A stretch of 64,000 nt of DNA from assembly GCA_040954595.2 (NCBI GenBank), contig CM082590.2, positions 5,642,001 to 5,706,000 of the forward strand. Direction: 5' to 3'. Shown piece by piece: positions 23,101-38,100 of the stretch (position 1 is its first letter; each line of letters starts with the position of its first letter). Under the pieces are notes generated by a model. The model was not told the origin of the DNA. It saw only the letters and a list, made by a program, of their open reading frames with translations, and did no database searches. The stretch comes from Balanoglossus misakiensis. Lineage: Eukaryota > Animalia > Hemichordata. Both the position numbers and the translations under genes were made by a program.

Positions 23101-26100
23101 AGAGCTTAATTAAATTTGCCGGAAATTGTATTTCAATTACATACAACAAAATAACGATAGACAGCCTGGCTTTCTGGTATGCAACACATTTTAATGGAAA
23201 TATTGTTTTAAAATAATGATTTTTGCTGAAATAAAATGGATTTGTGATGCAAACAAAATATGACATTTTTTGGAAAGTAAAGTGAGTTTCAATCTAGGTC
23301 AGCAGGTGGTATAAATATGTTTTGAACTTGAACTTTGAAGCTGTGAAAGCTTTGCAAGATCATGGAGATACAAAATGTACACCACCACAGAGGACTGATG
23401 TTGGAACGAGTAAATAATTTAGGCCCAACCCCTTGGGTGTAATTTGGGGCGCCCTCTATGTAGTGGGCTTTCCTGCCTTCCGGAGAGAAGTTGCTACTTT
23501 TGTAGGGCTTCCGCCATCTTGTAGAGTCACTCGAGCAGTCGCTCGCTAAAAACTTCTCCCGAAATCCGTCTTTCGCTGCTTCGCTGCACTCAGATAGCGA
23601 AACTCTCCCACAGTCCGACAGGCGGACTCCCAACTGCTCTGGCTGCAAGCAAGCAGTAAAAGGGCATCGTGCTCTTGGATTCCAACCAGGCCCAAACTGC
23701 ACAGACGTGCCCAACCACAAGGCGCAGATGGAAGCTCTGCCATTCCCACCCCATCCGTCGTTGTCGAACAGACTGACTCACTCCAGCTCGAAGATCTACA
23801 AGCCAGACAGGCAGAACTGTTACAGGAAAAGCAACTCCTACTGCAGAAACGAGAGCAGCGTGCATTACAGACCCGCTCCAGCATCTCAGAACTAGAACAC
23901 GAACTTGCCGCCCTCCGAGTGCGGGATGCCAACACAAGTCTCATGCAACCGCCTCCACCGATCCCTTTATCGTCGGGCAACGGCTGTCCACCAACACTGG
24001 ACACCCTTCGTCAAAACCCAGTTGACGCACAACTCTCTCACATCGTGAATTCGGCATTTGGCGCCTCCGCATTGCCAACGTCCATCGGACAGTCTACTCG
24101 TGCTGAATGGCCGATCGGCTACATGCCACAAGGTAAGCCAGGAAAGTCCCCTCGTGACTCTCAAGCCCCTAGCTTCACAGACGAATCCAAAGTGAAATGG
24201 CCACATTTGCGCCTACCTCGCGAAAAAGGAGGGAAAGTCCCCAAATTCGACAACTTAACCATCGCACAACTGGTCAGAGGCGAATTAGAAATACTCAACT
24301 CCGTCTACCTGCCCATCTCGTCTGAGGAACGCGCTCCCAGATCACTGCATCTCCAGAACTTAATGAGACTCGCTCATAAGCACGATTGGATAGACGTACT
24401 GAATTTCCACGGTACCATCTTAGAAAAGATACAAAGCGCAGAACTACGTTGGCAAGACTGCTTCGACCGTTATGAAAAAGAACTTCTCTCACCCGACACC
24501 CTGACATCGGTCAAACAGGGCACTGATACCGCCCAGACACAGGCCGCCAAGAAGAGCGACATTTGTAACAAGTACAACTACCAGACATGCGCATGGGGCA
24601 ACAGGTGTTTTAGACGTCACATCTGCCATCGCTGTTTCAAAATTAACAACACAGCCACACCTCACCGCGGCAAAGATTGCCCACTCGCCACCAGCAAGAA
24701 GAATGACACCCCCAAATAGTAATACATCTAATTCGGACTGAACTTCAGTTGTTGGGTTGCATCCCATGTTCACAGAGACTACATTGTGTTCCATCTCTTC
24801 CTCACAGAACATTCCGTACACTTCTGCATCGGAAGAATTTTCTAGCGCTCGGTTACCGTCCAACGCTAACATTCGGGCTCCCTGGTCCCATACACCACGC
24901 CCTTTATGTATCTCAGGCCATACAGCCGCATCCTCCGACATTGTGTCTCACTCAGCAAACGATGACCCACCGTTCTCGTCCACTTCAAACATTGTAACAA
25001 TTCCTCCGATTTCAGCTTCGCCTCTGACATCGCCGTATTTAAACCTTCCGTCGAGCACGTCTCCCTCATCGGAATTTTCTTTAGCCAATATTTGTGTGTT
25101 GCATGCACAAGTCTCTACATCCTGGGTTACCAAACTACCAAGGACTCAAATATCCCGTTCCGACTAAATTAGTGTTGCCTTTATGGAGATCACTGCTGGC
25201 ACATTATGCAGACAATATCATTTGTGACTATCACCATTTCGGCTGGCCTATCGGTTATACCCGTGACACATTACCGGTCTTCGACATCCGTAATCACCCT
25301 TCGGCCTTGATGTTTCCCGACGATGTGGACCACTTCATCAGCACTGAAGTCGCCGCTGGCGCCACAGCCGGACCTTTCACAACCAGCCCATTTCCTCATG
25401 GGTTCGAGGTGTCTCCCTTTCAAACTGTGCCCAAAAAGGACTCTTCACGCCGTCGCGTCGTCATGGACCTCAGCTTTCCAGAACACTTTTCTGTCAATGA
25501 CGGAATCTCTTCAGACTTTTATGATGGATATCACATAAAACTGTCGTACCCATCTTTAGATCATTTCTCACAAATTATCCAGGACAAAGGCCCCGGTTGC
25601 CTGTTATACAAGAGAGACTTACGCCGAGCATATCGGCAAATTTTCATCGACCCACGAGATTACAATCTCCTTGGTTTTTCATGGCATCATTTATTCTTCT
25701 TTGATCTTGTTGTTCCCTTCGGGCTTCGCTCTGCTGCATTAGCCTGCCAACGTACCACAAATGCAGTTATGTATTTATTTAGACAGAATGGTTACGCTGG
25801 CATCAATTATTTAGATGATTTTGGGGGTGCAGAGGCGTCAAACAAAGCCATGGCAGCCTTTGAATCTCTTGGTAGACTTTTATCACAGCTTGGTCTAGAG
25901 GAGGCGCAGGATAAAGCAGTAGCGCCGTCCACTTGCATGGTTTTTCTCGGTATTGAATTCGACACTGTGTCTATGACCATGCGCATTCCAGCACACAAGT
26001 TATCCACCCTACTCACAGAGCTTGATGAGTGGGACACAAAAGTCTCTGTTTCCAAGCGTCAATTTCAGTCTTTGTTAGGCAAGCTTAATTCAGTTGCCAC

Positions 26101-29100
26101 ATGTGTTCGCTCAGGACGAGTGTTTTTCTCCCGTATGTTACAGTTACTTAGACAGCAGTTTAAATCACCTCGCATTTTTCTAGATTCCCAATTCTTCGCC
26201 GACTTAGTTTGCAGAGTTTCCGGTAGTTTTTTTCCCCAAGCGTATGCCATACGCAAGAGGTCAATAAAAATGCGTAAGAAGGTGATTTAAATGCGTACAA
26301 TGTATTCATATCACATCCATTAGCAGACTGTTGCAAAATAACGCAAAACACTTCAAATGGCACACATTGTAACCAAAAAGAATTCGAAACAGAACAAACA
26401 GCTTTTGACGTGATTTTACGTTTACAGACAAATGACGTCGCTTCTCTATGATCAGTGCCTTGCATATGCCGTTTGATGGCCGATTTTTGAAGATCACGAG
26501 AACCACGCGTGAAAGCATTCTTTTTGCCATATTTTTCACAAACCTTACAGAAAAGCACGAGTGTCTTTTTTTCCGCCGCTTTCGTCGACGTCGTGCAGTA
26601 ACCACGGATACTCTCGCATTTTTTTCACTGGTGGGGCATCCCCCACTGACTCTTGGTGTTCCGAATCATCGATTTCAGTGGCTTTCTTTCCATTATCAGT
26701 AGAAGATTTCGACGTAAATTTAAATGAAAATAAAGTTGACTGTTTTGCCGCCCTGTTGATCGATATTACACGTACGCAGGCTCACGTACGTGACGCATGG
26801 CATGATGATTAGAACGCGCGCTAAACGAAAATTGTTACATTTTATCATGGTCAAGCGTCTGCGCAAATGGTTTGGAATGTTGCAATTTTATTCAAAACAT
26901 GTAAGCGTGCACAAGGTGCTGTCTAGTTTGTCGGTCGTTTGATGAGTCTTTTGTTACCTCGAACTTTCAATGGCGAAAACAGAGTCAATTTCATTGCGTA
27001 CGCCAGACGCACTTGTCGGTTCTATATGCGTATAGAAATTTTCCATTGCGTGTATTACGCACATTTTTGCGTAACCGGAAACTCTGAGTTTGGTGGCGTA
27101 CCTTTTTACCATTATACAACAGAGTATCTGTTATCCCAGCTTCTAGATGGAGTACACCAGATGCCGTTTTTTTTCTACTGACGCCTGCCTCTCAGGCTGC
27201 GGGGGCTTTTCTCAAGGACTGTATTTTCACACAGACTTTCCTTTACCTGTTACTAGTCAGGGTTTACATATTAATGCGTTAGAACTTTTAACAGTGCTTG
27301 TTGCGTGTCGTTTGTGGGGCCATCTGTGGAAAGGCCAGCGCATCCAGGTGTTTTGCGATAATATGGCAACAGTCACTGTCATTAATTCAGGTCGCTCACG
27401 AGACCTCCATATGCTTCAATATTTACGAGAGTTATGGCTAGTGTCCGCACTCAATAGTTTTGAACTCAAAGCAGTGCATATTCAGGGTCAGGATAATCGC
27501 CTAGCACATTTCTCAGCATCACAGTTTTGAATTTCATGAGTTAACCAATAGTATGCATGTGATTGAGGTGGCAGTGCCAGTCACATATTTCACTAATTTT
27601 CACTATGACCTGTAAGCTTTCACTGTACATCTTCCCAGCGTCGAGATGTATTCTCAGTTAGGTTTCATTTTCTTATTTCAGGGTCGTCATGGCTTGCCCT
27701 TCACCAGCAAACAACAGCCTTACAAGCTTCTGCATTTGCTACAGGGACAGTCCAAAATTTGAAAAGCCAGTGGAAGGCTTTCTTGTTGTTTTGCCACTTC
27801 TTCGGCCTCAAGCCAACACCGGCATCACCGCATGTTCTTTCCATGTTTCTTACCTTTTTATCTCGTTCAGTCAGTTCAGTGCAGTCACTTAAAAACTACC
27901 TGCATGGTGTTTCTAAGTTGCATTCGTATTTACGCATTGAATGTTCGGCCTTAGAGAGTTTTCAAGTCAAACTGACTTTGAGAGGTCTTCAGCGAGTTCA
28001 TCCCCAGTCATGTACTCAGAAGCTGCCCATCACTCCGCATATCATGTTAGCTTTACATAGTTTGTTAGATTTTTCTAACCCTTTTCATCAAGTTTTTTGG
28101 ACTGCTTGCTTATTGTTTTTTTCACATTTCTCAGGAAGTCCAACCTTACTGTTCCTTCTCGCACGACCTTTGACCCCCAGAAGCACCTGTGTCGGGGGGA
28201 TATACAGTTTAGCGCTTTTGGGCTACACGTTCTCATTCGTTGGTCAAAAACCAATCAGTTCCATGATCGCGTGTGCTCCATCCCAGTTGCGCGGTTACCA
28301 GGCTCAGTGTTATGCCCAATCACGTCTTTCGAACGCATGCGCGACTTGATCCCAGCTCCAGCCGGAGCACCAGCATTTGTCTATCCTTCCCAGGGTACCC
28401 TAGTCCCCCTCACCCACAGCGCATTTGTGTCTTTTCTGCGTTCCGTCTTAGCGCAAGCCGGGTTCAACCCCTTTCTCTACTCAGGCCATAGTTTCCGCAG
28501 GGGCGGCGCTTCTTTCGCTTTCGAAGCAGGGGTTCCTGGGGAACTTATCAAATTGCACGGGGACTGGAAATCATCCGCTTACTTGCGCTACTTACATGTC
28601 AGCCCACAAAAGTGCTGCTCTGTCTCCACCCTTATGCAAGAGCATTTGCGTTCCCACTACAATCAGTCTTGAAGTTTTCACATCTTTTCTCCAATGTGTT
28701 AGGTATCCTTCTAGTAAGTTCCTAGGCAGTTTTGTATTTTACTGGCTAATGGGAACTCCCTGAATGCCCCCCCCCCTGGTTTGGCGGCTTGGAGCTGGTT
28801 TTGTCAAACTCTTTTTCATCTGCATATTAAAGATTTGCCAATTTTCCGCCAACCCTTCAGTGTGTCGCATTCTGTTCCTTCCCATTAGCCCACTAGTTTT
28901 CAAACATTTATACTGTTCAAGTGTTTCAGGTGTATTTGTATGCACCAGCCATTAACCGCTCCAGACGTGTTTTCCTGTACAATTCTTATATAAGTAGAGT
29001 TCCAGAGAGGCAGCCACTAATTCACACTAATGATCAAATTATTGTCAGACTTAAATTTGCTTGCAACACCACTACTACTGGCAACCATGACAGCTGCCCC

Positions 29101-32100
29101 ATCTGTTGACAACCCCTTACAGCTTTTCACTGACGGATCATTAGATTCTATTTCTTTTTTCAGCAAGGAATATATATTCATGATGGATAACGTGGCTACA
29201 TGCGTACTTACAACTTCATGACCACAGTGGAAACTATGGATGATTCTTTTATTGACAGTCAGATCGATATCATGAAACATTTAGGCTGCATTCACAAACA
29301 CCTCTGGAGGGGGGGGGGAGAATTCAATTTATTTTACCGCTAATTTTCATATGCCCCCCTTCCGAACTGCCAATATTTTCAAATCCCCCCCTTCCGAACT
29401 GCCAAAATTTTGAAATCCCCCCCCCCATTTTCTTTCACAGAGCAAAACACATCACCTATCTATCTTGTAAAAAGAAAAACAGCGCTCCCATGAAAAGAAT
29501 TTGAAACTGATGTTTCCCCTCGTCAGTGGGTATTAAAACTGAACATTGTTTTTATTTTTTAAGTACATACATTTGTATTCTGTGTTGGGAGACATTGTAA
29601 ACCGAGAATTGAAGGGGTGGGTTTGGGAGGGGGTGTCCCCCTCCCACGTAAGAAAATTTTCTAAAATACAGAGCTCAAAGCTGCATTTTAATGAACCCGG
29701 CAAAAGCAAATTAACTCAACTACCGGTATGTTGGGGAGGACAAATTTAACCGTCGCCGCTCAAAGTTATCATGGGGTGGGGCAAGTCCCCTGACCTGGGA
29801 CACTAGATAAACCAGTCAATGATTGAAAGGTGTTGATGAATGGAGGGGGTGGGTATTAGAAAATGTTGTAAAATAAAGGGCGCGAAACTGCATTTTTGTG
29901 GACTCAAAATAAATATTTAGTCGTTAAAGTTTTTAAGTCCCCCCCCCTTTCAGTCCCTAAATTATTTCAAATCCCCCCCTTACATACCCTCAATTTTTTC
30001 AAATCCCCCCCCCTCAATTCTCCTGCCCCCCTTCCAGAGGTGTTTGTGAATGCAGCCTTAGTTGTACAGTTAAATTTGATCTTTCTCTTGCTGCTAGGAG
30101 TGTGTGAATATTCATTTCTTGTTGTTAACAAGAAATGAATATTAGATTGAGCGGTTGCCACATTCCAAGTATCCGATTGGTGATGTCATTTTTATTCCAA
30201 CTTTAAACGTCTTCATTCCAGACGGGTTGGACAGCATTGCATGTAGCGTCCTGGGGAGGTCAATTGGATGCTGTCAGGGTGTTGATTAGCCATGGTGCAG
30301 ATGTCAATGCGCAGGATAAGGTACGTGAACTGACTTATTAATTCACAGGGGTTTCACTTAAATATGAAGTAGAGGGCCATAGTTGCAAAGTAGGGGGCCA
30401 ATTATGCTGGGGCCGGGGACATGTTGACCTTTGACCCCCCCCCCCCCCCCCCAATTCATTCTACACACAAACACATACACACAAACTTACTCATTTGAGT
30501 GTTTCAACCTTTTATTACCGCTCTAGTTATGTATCATGTTACAATACAGTCTTCAATCAAATTCAAAATCACTATCTGGGTCTGAGTTCTCTGATAACCC
30601 TAAAGCACTTGACACTTCTGTAACTTCATGTTGTATGGAAACACTTTCCTCCTCAGTCTCAACCTCAATATCAACCTGCACTGAAGCATCAGCATAAATG
30701 GCCCCACCTGGAGCCCCATCAGAGTCACTGTCTACACATGATGATGGTACATGCACCTGTACTTTTGTGCGGTATCTTCTACTTTTGGCTTGTTCCCACT
30801 GTTCTACAGCTGGAGATATTATCTGTTCTGCCTCAGCACTGGCAACTGGGGGACATGCATTATAGATTTTAACATTTCACTTGACAGTCGACTTCTCAAT
30901 CTAGTTTTGACATTCTTCAAAGTGCTTGCACCCCTTTCAGGCCAAGCATTACTCACAGGAACACAGAGTGCAGCTTCAGCTATTTTAGTTATCTCTGGGA
31001 AAAATGGGGTTAAGCTGTCACATCTCACTAACTCAGTCAAGAGCCACTGAGTTGGTGTAACAGTGCCTTTACATTTCTCAACATCAGTAGGCATATTTGC
31101 CTTCATGTAATCTACATAGTAGTATTTAAGTTGTGTAAACTCATTCACTAATTTCTTTTACAGCAACTTCCTCATTTTGGTAAAAGTGATCAGCAAGTAC
31201 TTTGATATGTGCTTCCCCATATGAACTAAAAGTTACATTTTCTTTACTTGGCATACTCAATGGGTCAAAGACAGACAGTGCAGTGAGCACTGGAGATGAC
31301 TCAGCAAACCTACTATCTATATTCTCTATGAGAGCAAACAATGTACTTTCTCATCAGACTTTCAAGATCAAGCTTGCCACTGCCCTGGAAACATAGCTCA
31401 GAAGATATATTTGTGAATGAGTCAATATCAGACACAAACTTATTTATTGGCACATTATCACTGAGAATATGTTTCAGTTTATCTTTAGTTGCTGAAACCA
31501 TGCTTGCAATGAGGGAGAAGTTAACTTGATCTCTTTGAAACACAAGAGACAGCTCTGACCAAATGGACAATACAGACTGCAATATATACAATGTGCCAAC
31601 AAATTTAACCGACTTTATTTTCTTTAGCAGGCCACATGCAAGTGCATCATCTTCAAAGTCATTCAGAGTAAGGAGCAATGCCTCCAAATCCCTCAGAGTT
31701 GCCTCTACAGCTAGATTGAAACTCAACCACCTGGTGTTGCAAGCTTTTTTAAGTCTGTGCATGACAATTTTCTGACTCTTGTCAGAGGTTAACTTTATTT
31801 TTGCAAGCTTTTCTTGCATTTTCAGATATGCTGCTAACCTCTTTGGGGAATTTTCAAAGAACTGCCAAAGCTGCCGAATTATTGTGGACACATCCTTCAC
31901 ATACTTTATGTTTGTATTACTGTCAGTACAAGCCAATGCCAACCTGTGGCAAACACAATGCACACTAATGATCAAATTATTGTCAGACTTAAATTTGCTT
32001 GCAACACCACTTCTACTGGCAACCATGACAGCAGCCCCATCTGTTGACAACTCCTTAAAGCTTTTCACTGACAGATCATTAGATTCTATTTCTTAATTTT

Positions 32101-35100
32101 TCAGCAAGGAATATTTCATTATGGATAACGTGGCTACATGCGTACTTACAACTTCATGACCACAGTACAAACTTTTGATGATTATTTTATTGACAGTCAG
32201 ATGGAAATCATGAAACATTTATTTGTAGAGTTAAATTTGATCTTTCTCTTGCTGCTAGGAGTGTGTGAATATTCATTTCTTGTTGTTAACAAGAAATGAA
32301 TATTAGATTGAGCGGTTGACACATTTCAAGTATCCGATTGGTGATGTCATTTTTATTCCAACTTTAAACGTCTTCATTCCAGGATGGTTGGACAGCATTG
32401 CATTCAGCGTCCAGGGAAGGTGAATTGGATGCTGTCAGGGTGTTGATTAGCCATGGTGCAGATGTCAATGTGAAGACTAAGGTATGTGAACTGACTTATT
32501 AATTCACAGGGGTTTCACTAAAATATGAAGTTCAGGGCCATAGTTGCAAAGTAGGGGGCCAATCATGCGGGGGCCAGGGACATGTTGACCTTTGCCCCCC
32601 CCCCCCCCCCCCCCATTCATTCTACACACAAACACATACACACAAACTCATTTGAGTGTTTCAACCTGTTATTACAGCACTAGTTATGTATCATGTGACA
32701 ATACAGTTTTCAATCAAATTCAAAATCACTATCTGGGTCTGAGTTCTCTGATAACCCTAAAGCACTTGACACTTCTGTAACTTCATGTTGTATGCATGGA
32801 AACACTTTCCTCCTCAGTCTCAACCTCAATATCAACCTGCACTGAAGCATCAGCATAAATGGCCCCATCTGGAGCCCCATCAGAGTCACTGTCTACACAT
32901 GATGATGGTACATGCACCTGTACTTTTGTGCGGTATCTTCTACTTTTGGCTTGTTCCCACTGTTCTACAGCTGGAGATATTATCTGTTCTGCCTCAGCAC
33001 TGGCAACTGGGGGATATGCATTATAGATTCACAGGGCTCGAAATTCGCGGTAGCCCCGCGTCCACAGACTACCAATGTTTGCGATCGGGCTACCAATTTG
33101 ACACCAGTGGTAGCCTGATTGGGCTACCATGCGTGCGACGTATCTTGGACTTGTTACAGTTTATAATGATACAACCAGCAGTGTTTTCTCCAGGATGCGC
33201 GATTCCCCCTCTTTTACACTTGAATCGCCCCTTGTAACAAGTTCAGGGGGCGACAATCGCCCCTTGGTGAGCAGCCCACCCGGCCAGTACATGCGCGTCC
33301 AAGCCTCTGTAGCATGCACCGTCAGTCAAAACACTGGGAAAACGGCTGATATTACTGCGTGCTGGCCTATACATTTTAACTTCCCACCCCCCAAAACTAT
33401 GTTGTAGATGACTTTCACATTCATTCACGTGTAATTTAGCTCCAGGGCTATAGTGTGCAATTGTTGGAACAGCCTATCTGGACACCATCTAAATTTAGAG
33501 CACACACTCTGCACTCAAGTGATGGCTGAACGTAACAATTTTATGCAAATTAAAAGAACTGCGTTCATCTCAGTTTTCCATGACCTTGTTTGGAAGGAAA
33601 GTCATTCAATATGTACAGAGGCTGTCCATTTGAGTAGTGTGCTTAGCCACAGATGGGAAGTGTTGGCAGAAATCTGAAGGAATATACACTACTTCAATTT
33701 ATTTCACTATAATAATGGTTTCAAAATCTATTATTTTGGCAGCTAAAAAAACTGAAACTTTTAAAATCAAACAAGAATTTTTTTACCGGGTATAGTATTA
33801 AAGAAAGACACTATTGTTTTTGCAGTTGCATTTATTTTATTCATTTCACTCTCCTTGCCAGGGGAGCAGTTAATCAGTCACTCTCCTACCACTTGTGAAA
33901 TTAATTTCAGGAGAGTTATTTTCAGCTCTCCAGGCTTTTTTAAATTACATGCCCTGAAAGTTATGCAAGTTGGTGTCTTCCTCTGCAAAACCTACTAATT
34001 TAAAGAAGAAAAAACTGTAACTGTTAATTTGTTGTCAAGTTCACATGTAAAATGTTGTAATTTACTAATGGTTAGGTTAGGTTAGGCAGGTACTGAACGC
34101 AGGCTTGTGAGCCTCTATATTCAGCTCCATATCATTCCATTGTGGAGGTAGTTTTGTCCGATCTGGTTTGCATGATGTAGGGTTCGGAGTAGTTGTATTT
34201 CATTGGCTGTGTTGCCAGAAAAATGTCAAGACGATTCTTGAAGGTGTTCACAGAGTTTGCGGTGACAACTTGGGCTGGTAGGTTGTTCCAGATTGCAGCT
34301 ATCCTATTTGTGAAAAAATTTCTTCTAGTGTTCAGTTTGCAGTGTCCTATGTCAACTTTCAGCGGATGACCTCTGGTGTGTTTGTGCGAACTGAGACGGA
34401 ATAGTCCTTCCGATACTCGGCAGTCATAAACGCCACTCAAGATTTTAAAAGTTTCAATGAGGTCGCCACGTAGTCTTCGATATGAAAGTGATGGCAGATC
34501 AAGTAACTTGAGACGTTCTTCATAAGAAATATTTTTGAGTCCGGGCAGCAGTTTAGTTGCTCTGCGTTGAACGTTCTCAATACAGTCAATATCCTTTGCT
34601 TTATGCGGATTCCACACACAACCGCCATATTCCAGAATAGGGCGAACTAAAGCTATAAATAGTAGCTTGAAAATGTCGTTATTGAGATAGTTAAAAGTTC
34701 TCCTGATGAGTCCAACAATTTTATTGGCTTTGTTCACTTGGGTTTGGATGTGCTTCTCAAAATTTAGGTTACTGTCCACTATGACGCCAATGTCTTTTTC
34801 ATACTTAACAATTTCTAAAGTGGTATTTGTTCCATCTGGACGGCACATATTGTAAGAAGTAGTATTTGTTGACTTATTTTTGCTATGAATTGGTAAAACT
34901 TTGCACTTGTCAGGGTGAAATTTAAGCAGCCAATCGTTGCTCCAATGGGAAAGACGAGATAAGTCACTCTGAATTTGTGATGAGTCAGCAGCTGTCTTGA
35001 TCACATTGTAGATTTTTGTGTCGTCAGCAAATAAATATACATTGGATGCTACACAATCAGGTAGATCGTTAATGAAAATAACAAATAGGATGGGTCCGAG

Positions 35101-38100
35101 TACAGATCCTTGCGGGACACCACTAATAACATGGTGCCACGAGGAAAATTGGCCATTCACACAAACACGTTGACTGCGGTTTCTCAAGAACTCCTGAATC
35201 CAGTTGCAGGTTGTGGGGCTAATACCGTAATGGGTTAACTTGACAAGGAGACGTTTATGAGAAACCTTATCAAATGCCTTCATAAAATCCATATACACAG
35301 CGTTTATTATACCACCATCGTCAAGAATACTGGTCCAGTGATCCAGGACTTTGAGAAGTTGTAATGTAGTTGATCTACCACTTATGAAGCCAAACTGCTT
35401 GTTACTGAATAGATCATGTTTGTCCATATGCGAGACGATTTTCTTTCGAACAAGTTTCTCCATTGTCTTACAAATGATACTGGTCAAGCTGATAGGTCTG
35501 TAATTAGACGGAGATTTCTTGTTTCCCTTCTTGAAGAGCGCTGATATTTGAGCTTCTTTCCAAGCTTTCGGTACAACACCAGAAAAAAAGGATTTGTTGA
35601 AAATAATAGTAAGTGGTAAATCAATAATGTAAGCAAGTGCATTCAAAATTTTGGGATGAACTCCATCAGGGCCAGGAGATTTTGTCACATCAAGATGCAG
35701 AAGGAATTTCCTTACTTCTAACTTTGTAAAAGGACTGTCACTGGAGATGATGTCTTCGTGGTTGCCGTTGAGAACTGGAAAATTGTCAATGCTCTCGTCT
35801 TCAGAGGAGAAAACACTGCTGAAGAAGTTGGCCAGAAATTCTGCTTTCTCTTTATCACTATTTGCAGTGAGCAGCTGCCCATTTTCAGTAACTTGAAGCT
35901 CTGAGATTCCTGATTTTACTTTCCTCTTTGAGTTGACGTAGTGCCAGAAGATTTTACAGTTAGTTTTGGTAGATTCCGCTATACTTTTCTCACGTGCTTT
36001 TCTGTCGTTCTTGACGATGCTCTTCAGTTTATTCCTGGCCTTGCAGTATTCACGGTATTTCACAGGGTCTCTAGACTCCATATATCTTTTCCAAAGCCTA
36101 TAATACTGTTTTTAATATGGAATGAAGGCAGTTAGTAAGTTAACGTTCAAAATTGTCATTCGTGACATTTACTTCGACCAAATCCCCCTTAATTTTGGAC
36201 TAAGGGGGGACATTCCCCCTTCTCTCAACATCCTGGAGAAAACACTGGGTTCAACCGGCCGCGGACTCGTGTGCATTTTGACACGTGTCAATCAACAATA
36301 TAATTGTTCACCATAGCAGTATGTATATTAAAAATTTACCAACGTTCTCAAACAGATATAGACCTGCTACCGTACATGTAGCAGTATACAATGTACATTG
36401 ATTTATTATTGTATTATGTGGACTACCAGCTATTGCTCTTGGGCTACCAACTTTAGAAAATGGTAGCCCACTGAGGCTACCAAGAAAAAAAACGAATTTC
36501 GAGCCCTGTGATTCTAACATTTCACTTGACAGTCGACTTCTCAATCTAGTTTTGACATTCTTCAAAGTGCTTGCACCCCTTTCAGGCCAAGCATTACTCA
36601 CAGGAACACAGAGTGCAGCTTCAGCTATTTTAGTTATCTCTGGGAAAAATGGGGTTAAGCTGTCACATCTCACTAACTCAGTCAAGAGCCACTGAGTTGG
36701 TGTAACAGTGCCTTTACATTCCTCAACATCAGTAGGCATATTTGCCTTCATGTAATCTACATAGTAGTATTTAAGTTGTGTAAACTCATTCACTAATTTC
36801 TTTTACAGCAACTTCCTCATTTTGGTAAAAGTGATCAGCAAGTACTTTGATATGTGCTTCCCCATATGAACTAAAAGTTACATTTTCTTTACTTGGCATA
36901 CTCAATGGGTCAAAGACAGACAGTGCAGTGAGCACTGGAGATGACTCAGCAAACCTACTATCTATATTCTCTATGAGAGCAAACAATGTACTTTCTCATC
37001 AGACTTTCAAGATCAAGCTTGCCGCTGCCCTGGAAACATAGCTCAGAAGATATATTTGTGAATGAGTCAATATCAGACACAAACTTATTTATTGGCACAT
37101 TATCACTGAGAATCTGTTTCAGTTTATCTTTAGTTGCTGAAACCATGCTTGCAATGAGGGAGAAGTTAACTTGATCTCTTTGAAACACAAGAGACAGCTC
37201 TGACAAAATGGACAATACAGACTGCAATATATACAATGTGCCAACAAATTTAACCGACTTTATGTTCTTTAGCAGGCCACATACAAGTGCATCATCTTCA
37301 AAGTCATTCAGAGTAAGGAGCAATGCCTCCAAATCCCTCAGAGTTGCCTCTACAGCTAGATTGAAACTCAACCACCTGGTGTTGCAAGCTTTTTTAAGTC
37401 TGTGCATGACAATTTTCTGACTCTTGTCAGAGGTTAACTTTATTTTTGCAAGCTTTTCTTGCATTTTCAGGTATGCTGCTAACCTCTTTGGGGAATTTTC
37501 AAAGAACTGCCAAAGCTGCCGAATTATTGTGGACACATCCTTCACATACTTTATGTTTGTATTACTGTCAGTACAAGCCAATGCCAACCTGTGGCAAACA
37601 CAATGCACACTAATGATCAAATTATTGTCAGACTTAAATTTGCTTGCAACACCACTTCTACTGGCAACCATGACGGCAGCCCCATCTGTTGACAACCCCT
37701 TACAGCTTTTCACTGACAGATCATTAGATTCTATTTCTTTTTTCAGCAAGGGATATTTCATTATAACGTGGCTACATGCGTACTTACAACTTCATGACCA
37801 CAGTGGAAACTTTTGATGATTATTTTATTGACACTCAGATGGAAATCATGAAACATTTATTTGTAGAGTCAAATTCTTTATCTTGCTGCTAGGAGTGTGT
37901 GAATATTCATTTCTTGTTGTTAACAAGAAATGAATATTAGATTGAGCGGTTGACACATTTCAAGTATCAGATTGGTGATGTCATTTTTATTCCAACTTTA
38001 AACGTCTCCATTCCAGGGTGGTCGGACAGCATTGCATGTAGCGTCCAGCACAGGTAAATTGGATGCTATGAGAGAGTTGATTAGCCATGGTGCAGATGTC

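Larger units (their letters stand above)
23590..28672 (+). mobile_element. Decayed tyrosine-recombinase retrotransposon (DIRS order, Ngaro-like): gag-RT-RNaseH-YR
   Basis: Gag with Cys/His knuckles, RT with YLDDF, RNase H and tyrosine recombinase in order. No methyltransferase seen. Frameshifts are present and the terminal repeats were not located. Confidence 0.88.
32507..37770 (-). mobile_element. 5'-truncated hAT transposon, copy 2, interrupted by nested elements
   Basis: Same end, same truncation and same frameshifts as 30346-32130. Split at 33030-36510. Confidence 0.88.

Noticed and set aside
23289-25167. Antisense and overlapping ORFs over the Ngaro gag region
   Set aside because: Shadow frames of GC-rich gag and pol sequence.
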